Assembly: GCA_030141605.1 (NCBI GenBank)
Contig: JAQGDQ010000087.1
Location: 558,001 to 622,000 of the forward strand
Source of the DNA: Tubiluchus corallicola
Lineage: Eukaryota > Animalia > Priapulida
Direction of reading: 5' to 3'
DNA length: 64,000 bases
The first letter of the stretch is position 1; every line of letters starts with the position of its first letter. Shown here one piece after another: positions 40,213 through 64,000 of this stretch. The notes beneath the pieces were generated by a model. It did not search any database and was not told the DNA's origin. It saw nothing but the letters and a program-made list of their open reading frames with translations. The position numbers were made by a program, and so were the translations under genes.

Positions 40213-43200
40213 AAGATATCAAAAGCCAGTTTAATGTGTAGGACTGTGAACATGGTTGTGCGCATACAAAACAAACCAGAGACACTTGCAGTGCGTAGGA
40301 TTGAGAAGAAGAGTGTACCTACTCATACAAAAGGAAGCCAAACGCCTACGTAATGTTTTCGATTAAGGACATCGGTTGTGTTCATAACTATTGTAATTGC
40401 AGAAGGAAGCCACAAAGTAGGCGTAGCTGCTCCCCAAAAAGGTATAATCTAAACGAACGCACATAATCAATGTTGATAATTAATTTGATAATTTATTGTT
40501 CTATATATGTTTTAGAATTAGCGGTAAACTGACACAAAAGTCGGGGAGCCAACCGCCAGATTAGAGTGAACGAATATAGAATGTAGTCACTATAGAATAG
40601 AGAACTTGGAGGAGGTACTTGGATGGCATAAGTGAAAATAAGGGTGACGTAATAACTTTGCTTCAGCGCAAGAATGTATTAACTAGCAAGAAATTAAGTC
40701 TTAGCGATTATTCAATTCTTCGGTTATTCAATGCATACGTTAACATCATATTTATGTATAACAATGAAACATAAATCGTGGTCGACACCATCATCATCAC
40801 CGTCGTTCTTACTATTGTTACAGTGGGTTGTATGTCATATATATATATTATTAGTTTATTCTAATCCAACATTATCTAGATATTCGTTATCTTTTAATTA
40901 GTGCAGTTCTAAATGGTACGGCGATTTATACATTTTATTTGATGTTGAAATAATAAAATGTTTTGGCTGGAAAATTAATTCTAAGTTAAAAGTCTTTATA
41001 CGGCGTTGCATTTCACTTGAATAAAATATAAAAATGCATAAATTGACCACACGCCAATCAACCAGCGGGGTTCTACCTCGCAATAAGTAATCAAGCGCTC
41101 TTTTTATCTCCATTTGTTTAGCAGTAAAACAGAGACATTATAATAGGGAAACAGTATGCTAAAGTACTAGCAATGCAGACGTTAGAACAGTTAGAAAGAG
41201 TCAGTCTCAGTCATAAGTTTGTTCATGTCAAAAGAGCCTTAGACATGATCAATTCTCTCCCAGCTTGAGAGAACAAGAGCTGAACCCTGTGAAAAATGTT
41301 CATTTTTTCGGAAGTTTGTGGGAGAGACATCGGCCTGGTTCCTAATTAAACAAATACGTGGGAGTGTATATAGTCTAGTATATTTTTTATAGAGAAAGGT
41401 GCATAACGCTTAAGTCTACGAGTTGATAATTAAAATGGTTTGCTGCTCCTGAAACATATAATTTAGATTAAATTTTGACTCTTAACAAAAACCGCATAAC
41501 CATTGGATTAAAAGAGTGGCCACCCAAAAATAATTTATTCAACTCACAAGATTTGTCGCAATTACATAGTTACTTTCTATCACAGCAGTAAACCTAATTA
41601 TAGATACACATCAGCACATAACCATAAAAAACTATTGAAGAAAGGAAAAAATAACCTAACGAATTAGGCGGATCATATGACGTTTGCTTGTAGGAAAAGC
41701 AAGCGTCAAATGCTCACCTGTACAAGGGTGACGAAGGAATTTATAGCTTTGGAATGAAGCCCGTATAAATAATTCAAGGTTAACCTAATTGAATGACTCT
41801 AGATAAATTTGCAAAGGTTATAGAAACCGGAATAAACTAGTTTGCAATGCTGTAAATGAAAGGTATAATAGCAGAGTAGAACTCAATCACGGGAATCCGT
41901 GACAAACCCTTTCAAATTAATAAATTGATCATGAATGAATTTTATACCAAGGCACTGGGAACTAATTTTATTGCATTATACGTATTGTTAAAAATTATAA
42001 TTTCACAACACGCTTGTGTAGCAATTCACATTTTTTCACTAATGCCCAGTATTATGACATAACCTACATATCCTTGTATGAAATAAATGAGTCTTCATGC
42101 AGTGATTTGCCTGACAATTTCTTGTACTCGGTTAAGTTTATAACAGTAATACATTTTCTGAAACTGCCACTGTAAAAGGTGCACGGATTCAACGTGTTTT
42201 CTCCTGTTTGTCTATAGAAATTATATAGCAACCGCTGGCAGCGAGCAAGAATTTGTGAGATTGGACCACGTAGGAACTTAGCACATGCAACGGATCTGTG
42301 TATTCGTTAACACAGCTTATTATTTTACAAAATCACACACATGGCATTGAAAAAATCTTCAAATGACAGCTCCATTCCCAACACGCAACGACATCTCCAT
42401 TGCAATAAAAAAGCATGTATGTTCAAAGAGTATCCTAGTATCCTAGCTACACTACGCTAAATGTATTATACAGCAAACTTTTTTGGTAATAAGTGTAAAT
42501 AACTTCTTAAACGGGTTACATTCTCACAAAACTATTATCCATACAGTTCAGAAAAACGTTTATTATGTTTTTGCCATATCTCGAAGTCTCTCTTTGCAGG
42601 TCAGAAGCAGAATTTTATGTTTGTTTAAAAATTTCGTTTCCCCAAGTTAAATGTAAAGTAGTTTTCAGAACGTTGGCTCAGTGATTTCTTTGCATTTAAG
42701 GACAGAGTTCTTTTTCTGTTCAAGTCTTGTGCAGTTTATAAATATTCATGTAGTAACTGCAATGCTACGTACTATGGCAAAACACAGCGTCACAAGAATT
42801 GGAAGCATCTCTTCCTCAACCAAGAGTGAAATTGCTTTGTCTACATACTTTGTTATAGAAACACGTGAATCTCATTGGTCACTCTATTTCTAATAACGAC
42901 TTTAAAACTTTGGTATCATCGTCATCATGTAACGCTTATTTTTTCAAAATGAAAGAAAATTTGCACATTAAATTTTACAACCCATATTTGAACTCCAGTG
43001 GAACATTCCACTGTGCCAGTTTTAATCCTTTATTTTGCCTCATTGATGTTGTTTTTTGCATTCTACTAATTCTAAGATCCATTACTCTTATTTTTATCTA
43101 GCTGACAGTGGATACAGCGAACTCGAAAGCTATCTCATTAAATTTGAAGTACACGTATGCTATATTTTCGTGAATACATTGCTTCATTGCTGTTTTTGCT

Positions 43201-44175
43201 AAAGAATCAAACAGTTATTAGCAGAATTTTCAAAAGCAATCGGCGGCTTCAGGCTGTACCTGCCTGAACTAATTATTGGTAAATTAGCATTTTGGTGTAA
43301 TTTGATCTTTGTTGTAATAATTTATTTTGTATTACTGTCCGCAAATAGGGACTATCAGAAATATCGCCGTTGACTGATTTTGTAAATTCATTACCCTGGA
43401 AGACACATTTGACAGTCACGCATGACTCCATGTAACACAATATAATACAGTATGAAGCCATGTGTCACATTTGACTAGGGCCCTGAAAACCCAACATCCT
43501 TATTACTATCTATTCTGGTCACACATCTACTAATCGCAAAAGGGCTAATCCATGATCAAAAACACATGTTGCTGCAAAAATGCACGGTTAAAACCACAGG
43601 CTGCTCTAAAACTAACCTAGAGACGCCCTGAAACCACGAAGCCACACATGAAGCCATTTTCACGGTTGACATATTCTGTGACTTTCTAGGAAGTCATTTT
43701 GTCTGTCCCATGTGTGTGTACATGAAGACGTAAGTCATGCCTGACGGAGCTCTGACGACGCTACATTCAAACTACTTTTATAAGATCTAAACGTGGATTT
43801 TTAGTAACTTCTTGAGCTTTGTAATTCTTTTTTCCTTTCACATAAATATACTTCATAGTACGTACCATGTGCACATATTGCCAAATGAGTCTACATTTAT
43901 AAAAAAAATCACGTAACAAGAAAAAGAAAAGACACGATGTTTTAATTCGCTTTCTTTATTGTGAGATTTTTATAAATAATGTTGATAATTTTGGTAAAAT
44001 GTGCACGAAGTAAGCACTTACTCAGTGATAAACATTAACTGTTTTTTTCTCAAGCACAGCTAGAGAGCACTCGATAGGCGTTTGACGCCTGCATTACAGT
44101 TGTTATACCCCGATCATTAAAAAATGTAAAATATTCAAAAACTTTCCCTTCTGCCTAGCATCAACTTCCGTAGAC

Positions 44176-44470
<295 letters not shown>

Positions 44471-44872
44471 GAAAAACAGACAGATACTCAGACCAAACAA
44501 ATCATTCTATAGTTGCCCCCTTCTGAAGGGCACCTTTAATAATGCTGGCGATATTTTGTGCGTCCGTGACGACAATAAGGTTTCAACGATCATGTATTAA
44601 TGCTCGCTCGTGCACCGTGCGCGTCATGCCACATCTGACATGTACACGAATATGCTCTCACGTCCACTGATCGATACTGACCGATTGTGTTTGTAAAGCG
44701 CTTAGATCCGCACCTAATATATACGTGACTTCTAAATAGACTTTCATTCGCTAAACTTCCAGCTATGGGCACAGCGCGATTATTCTCAATGGCGAAGTAA
44801 AATTAATTTTTTACTTTTTACTCTGAAATGTTTTAAAACGAAATGTCTTGACAAGGTGTTCTACATGACAAC

Positions 44873-58941
<14,069 letters not shown>

Positions 58942-60134
58942 CTGAAGTCTGTTGTATCTGGTAATAATGATTTATGAACAAACAAACATCACATCAAAAC
59001 AACTGCAGATTCTGTTCTGTTTGCAAGGAGTTGAAATATTCAGGAGCAACTTAATATTTGTTGTAATAAACTGAACCTACATTGTATGAATAACAAAGCA
59101 ATTTTTCGATTTGAATTTTGTTGTTCCATTCATTTTGCAATAACAATACCATTATAGCCAGACTAAATCACCCCTAATAATTCAGTGCATAGGTTCCTAT
59201 GGGAATTAATCGCGCATATTGACCAAATTATATCTTGAACTGAATTTCTTTAGGCAAACAACGGTAAAATGGTAAATTTAACCCAGTCTTTGGGTGTACA
59301 ATGGGATTAAGTATTCTTTTTTCGTTAAAGCTAACAAGCTTGAATTCTTTAACACAAAAAGAACTTGGGTCCTGCTAATCAGAGTTACAAAAGTTAACCA
59401 ACTGCAACTAACAAAATATCGTCTTTAAAACAAACCAATCCTTATAAAACATCATAATTTACATGTAGTTTATTAAATAGGGTTTATAACAGTTTAAAAT
59501 CTAATAATTTACATGAACTTAAAGACTTTTCGGTTGAAAGATGTCAGCAGGAACTAAGTACTTGTGAACACCCCGAAACCTGATTATGAAGCACTTTATA
59601 ACAGAAGCTGTCTGTTTTTGCAAAAACGAAAATGCAGTAAACGTCATACTCATAAATTATATCAAACATGTTTTAGCCAAAGAGAAATGAATTAGACCTG
59701 ACAGTCACTGTAAACTATTAACTCTGTTATCCCAGTTATTGTATCGCAGGCAAATGCTCCGCCGAGAAATTACATAGCGTACGTTGATTAGACCGCTTCT
59801 GAAAATTATTGTGCAACGTCGATATATTGCTTGTGACTGACTGATGCGCTTACCTCAACGAAGCAATTAGCAAGGGCAACTGAAGCTGTAATCGCCTATC
59901 TGGGAGAAATTACTTGGTGGGCACGGTAGATAATGTGCGTATGTTCAATAGTGACTAAGGAATGGATGTTAAATCAAGCTTGCTATGATGGCACTCGTGC
60001 GTCTAATGTTGACCTCACGTAGAGCGGAAGCAACACATTCGGTGTCACTTAATTTGGGCTTTTGTAGGAGAATCGCGAACTTGATGAACATTATCGAGTA
60101 AAATACTTATCATTGCATATCACTCCTGATTTGT

Positions 60135-60270
60135 GTAACACATCATAATCAGTTTTTTTTCTTTTCTTCCTCTGTAACACATCATAATCAGTTCTTTCCT
60201 TTTCTTCTTCTGTAACACATCATAATCAGTTTTTTCCTTTTCTTCTTCTGTAACACTTCATAATCAGTTT
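60135..60270. repeat. About 38-bp tandem repeat, about 3.5 units
   Basis: TGTAACACATCATAATCAGTT...TTTTCTTC.TC units. Confidence 0.85.
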
Positions 60271-61950
60271 ACCAAAGGCTTGGTAATACCTTGGGAACGA
60301 TACTTAATAACCACGTAGATTTGTAACTCAGACATTTGATAATCTAGACACTTAGTAACTAGATGTTGTGTTATCTTAACACTGGCACCCACATTGTTTG
60401 TAATTAAAATACTTAGTAACTGAATAAATTTGTAATTCAAACATTTCGTAACAGCAACACCTAGAACCATACGCTTGGTAACTGAACGTTTGGTAACTTT
60501 AATACGTGGTAACAGGGAAATTGGTAGCTGAATACTTCGTAGTTGAGCGTTTTAGTACCACGTTACCCACTATAAGATTACTAAGTGCTAAGGTTACCAA
60601 ATGTCCAAGTTATAATTACATTTACCCAGTTAACAAGAGTCGAGTTCGTATTCAAGTGTCCAGGTTACGAAGTGTCAGACAGTGTCTCGGTAATGCGAAA
60701 CCTTTAGTTTAATTATCGACTAGAACTAGAAAACTACGTGAAGATTTTGTTTATCGGGTTCTTGGTCCACTGAACAACGTTGAGCAGTTTTAGACGCGGA
60801 ACGTTGATTGCTCAAATTAATAATTATTAGTCCGCTTTAGCACACAAGAAAGCTACAAACGGCCCAGAGATGGGGCAGAAAAAATAAAAGGAAAAAAGAG
60901 AGGATGCGAGAAAATGAAAAAAAGAGAACAGAGAGGGAAGAAGAGAGGGCAATTATACTTACACGAAAACAATATACGTGATATTGTGGTTTTATTCGGC
61001 GCTCTAGTTTTGTTGAGAAGTGTGACGAATGCGAGAGCATTCTTAAATGATTTACCATTAAATAAAACATCATAAAATGGTCGTAAAAGCAAGAACACTT
61101 TCCATTTTCTTATAAATATTCATTACTAAAGGTTGTTCGACCGAGTAACCTAATGTCTTGACACGTTGACAGTTTGACGTATTACATGTCTACGATGACA
61201 AGATAAATGGGCGTTCCAATTATATCATAAATGCTTTCGGGCGAATAAATTACAGAACCAAAAAAACTTTAACCTAAGATTTTCAGAACTCGAAAAGCAG
61301 TAAAAATGTCAATTCAAAGGTGTACAATCTTTAATTAGTTTAATATCGTTTTATCAGGATGGCAATGCAGGTGCCGTAAATGCCCTTTTTCGATTATATA
61401 ACTTATATTACTCAAAGTATGACAAAAGGGGAAGCATAACAAATTGTTCACTGACGCTAACTAGTTGCGATGCCTATGTACCTAAGCATACACCAACAAA
61501 TTACCTTACATTAATTATATTTTAACTGTTTATCATAGACGTCGTAACCTGTCATGGTGAATCACAAAATGCATATTGACGTTATACAAAGATACAAAAA
61601 TTATTAATTACCTTAACAAAATTTGACAACTTTACATAGAGGTGTATTTGAGTATATTAAATTACTGTTTGTGTATAGAATGAAAATCTAGTTATCTAGT
61701 TGATAGCTTCATTTTGATAACAAAAAATGACTTTCACTCGAACCTCGAACATAGTACTAAGGTAACTTCTCGCAAGAGAAAGGTATCTTGGTGTTTTGTT
61801 AGCTACCTATTAAATTCTTATCTTTCTTGTCCCCGTAGCAGATTGTCTGGTAATTTGCAAACATGAATAAATTTAAAAGTTTTAAAAGTGAAGAGACATG
61901 GATTTCATAGATGCTTATGAATTTAATGAAGCATATTATCAGAATTGACC

Positions 61951-62070
61951 GATATAAAAGCGCTGCTGCATTTTGATGCGTTCTATTTAGCTGCCGTCTA
62001 TCATACCTCAACAGGTGACAGGTGTGCTCAGGTGTATTGTGCGGCGTTTTTCATCGATTTCCAGGTATGA
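61951..62070 (+). promoter_or_regulatory. Candidate TATA promoter and non-coding first exon for the 63468 gene
   Basis: TATAAAAG at 61953-61960, three CAGGTG E-boxes at about 62011-62033, donor CAG|GTATGA at 62064/62065. Confidence 0.45.
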
Positions 62071-63467
62071 CATTTAATGCTGATTGCTTGCAATAATTTT
62101 AGTTGTTTGCAACTGCACAAGTTACAAATCATTTTTTGCTAAATATATTAAAAACAGTTAATTTTTACGCTTCTAGTTAGTAAACAAAACAAACTTTTTG
62201 GGAGAATTTCGTTAATTTTCATAACTCCTGCTTGCTCTTGGTGTGTGATGTCTTTTTCATGCATCTAATTTTATGCAAACTGTGTGAAAAATTAATATTG
62301 TTTAGTAAATTATTGTGTCCTTCTGAATTTTAAATTATTTTTTACCATTTGCGTATTCAATAAATGTGTATGGCTATGTAGGATATGTAAGGATTTTGCT
62401 TTATTAACATGTATTATTTTATGGTAAGTGTCTCAATAAAATAGATAAACGCGTTAAGGGTGCATTCACACATTGATCATGTTACTGCAACAGCAGTGGT
62501 GCATTTTCACAAGGCAACTGTTGTGGACAGATCCCAAAAACAACTTGCAAATATGTTGGCCGTTTGTATTAAAGGCTTTCGCATACACGTACAGTTGTCG
62601 AAAGCAGTAAGAAAGAAAGCTTACTTACAATTCTGGCATAGTATTCAAATTTACTGAAGGACATACGGCTACGGTAGTTACGAATCGTTAGGCAACAGTT
62701 TAGCGAAAGAAGCATAATCTGAGGCGAGTTTGAATAACCGAGTGGTCACAGTGGTACTCTTGTTAAGTAAATGGATAGGGCACAACCATGTTCGGTACTC
62801 GCTGTGAGCGGTTTCAGTCGTCGTACCGATTCTGACTGTTTACCTCTTGCAAGGAGGAGGCACATCCTTCTTATAAGGTGTATTAGCCTCTTCTTATCCT
62901 AACGTGGCAAAAACAACTCTGCCAGCGTAGAAACACGTGTTACAGTGGCATGAGTTTGATAATGAACCAGATCCAGGCGGATGTTGTCGTATCCATCCGC
63001 ACTGAGCACGAGGCCAATGTGGATTCTCGATTCAGGATTGTTGGACTCTAGCTTGCACAGAGCTGCTTTGTATTAACAAAATATGTGTAAGAAATGTTTG
63101 AAATCTTCTACGTCTATAACCAACGACGTACACAAATTTAAAAGATAAAAGATAAGATGCACTTTATTCCAGATAGAAACCCATAATATCAGCACAACAT
63201 ACCATAAAAAGTACTAAATATGTACAACAGCTATCACTTCACACACACATAAAATACCACAATAATATAATTATTTACAGATAAAAAATTGGCAAAATAC
63301 ACATACAAGATTAAAGATTTAAATTTAATACATGTGTTCTGTATATAGCTGATTTATCCAATATTCATAAATATTTAGATAAAAAGATTCAATCATTATA
63401 AAACATTTCATTTATCAGCCTATTATCACTGTTATCAATTTGTGTTTTTCGTTTTTTTTTCAGAAAC

Positions 63468-63582
63468 ATGTGTCGTATTTTTCTCCTCCTCGCTCTTGTA
63501 ACATTTGCAACAGCGGATGATGGATACAGGAGCTACTACAAGGCGCGAACGTATCGCAGTCATCCTTATAGTCCTTATCAAT
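63468..63582 (+). CDS. First coding exon of a probable secreted protein (MCRIFLLLALVTFATA-DDGYRSYYKARTYRSHPYSPYQ); gene continues beyond the window
   Basis: Poly-T CAG| acceptor 4 nt before ATG, signal-peptide-like N-terminus, phase-1 |GTAAGT donor. Confidence 0.7.
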
Positions 63583-63729
63583 GTAAGTTCCTACTTCACG
63601 ATAATGCTAACTGACTTACACATGTGGGATTTGTCTAGTTGGCTACGTCTGGCCACCTAAGCCCATAATTAGCAATAGTGCATTATGCTGCCGTCTCACA
63701 ATGAACAAAATACAAAGAATAGCTATTTC

Positions 63730-64000
63730 TTAAAAGCACAAGAAAACTCTTTACCTACTAAAGATAAAAAAATTGTCTTGAATTTTTGTATCATTTATAT
63801 ACTGCCTTATTGCGCACAGAGCTTGTATGAACAGTATAAAAGTTGAAAATTTAAACTCCCGCGATGACATCTGGGCGAAGCCATTTCGACGGTAGGTCGT
63901 TTGAAACAAGTTTAAATGACATTGCATAAAGTTTGAAAAAATAATCAAAGCATTCGTAACGCACACTTTACTAATAAAGTATAAATATTCCTTTGAGGAC
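63730..64000 (-). mobile_element. Family A element, inverted, runs off the window
   Basis: TTAAAAGCACAAGAAAAC start; AAACTCCCGCGATGAC and AAAGTTTGAAAAAATAATC shared with other copies. Confidence 0.65.

Noticed and set aside
62690-63070. Possible SINE (also about 59740-59980)
   Set aside because: A/B boxes are degenerate and no second copy is evident in the window

Overview
AT-rich, intron-rich genomic DNA from an invertebrate animal; no prokaryotic operons or CRISPR are present. The left half holds a complete RICTOR (mTORC2 subunit) gene on the minus strand. I assembled it by hand into 35 coding exons (32792 to 2264) that stay in frame and sum to 5175 nt (about 1724 aa). The right half holds a divergently transcribed three-exon RERG/RASL11/RASL12-type Ras GTPase gene (+, 44873-58941, about 324 aa), with a decayed LINE and a pogo-type MITE in intron 1 and a 2-kb tandem duplication containing an 81-bp minisatellite in intron 2. 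The start of a probable secreted-protein gene lies near the right end. Non-coding DNA is rich in non-autonomous TIR elements (several TTAA-flanked, Kolobok-like) and simple repeats. The two most notable observations are (1) a 33-bp minisatellite built from a RICTOR exon/intron junction, giving about 25 in-frame, stop-free copies of the 5' splice site, and (2) a RICTOR first exon with a GC donor whose skipping would turn it into a uORF, alongside a candidate alternative N-terminal exon. All splicing claims are inferred from sequence and need RNA evidence. Protein comparisons to human are from memory, not alignments.
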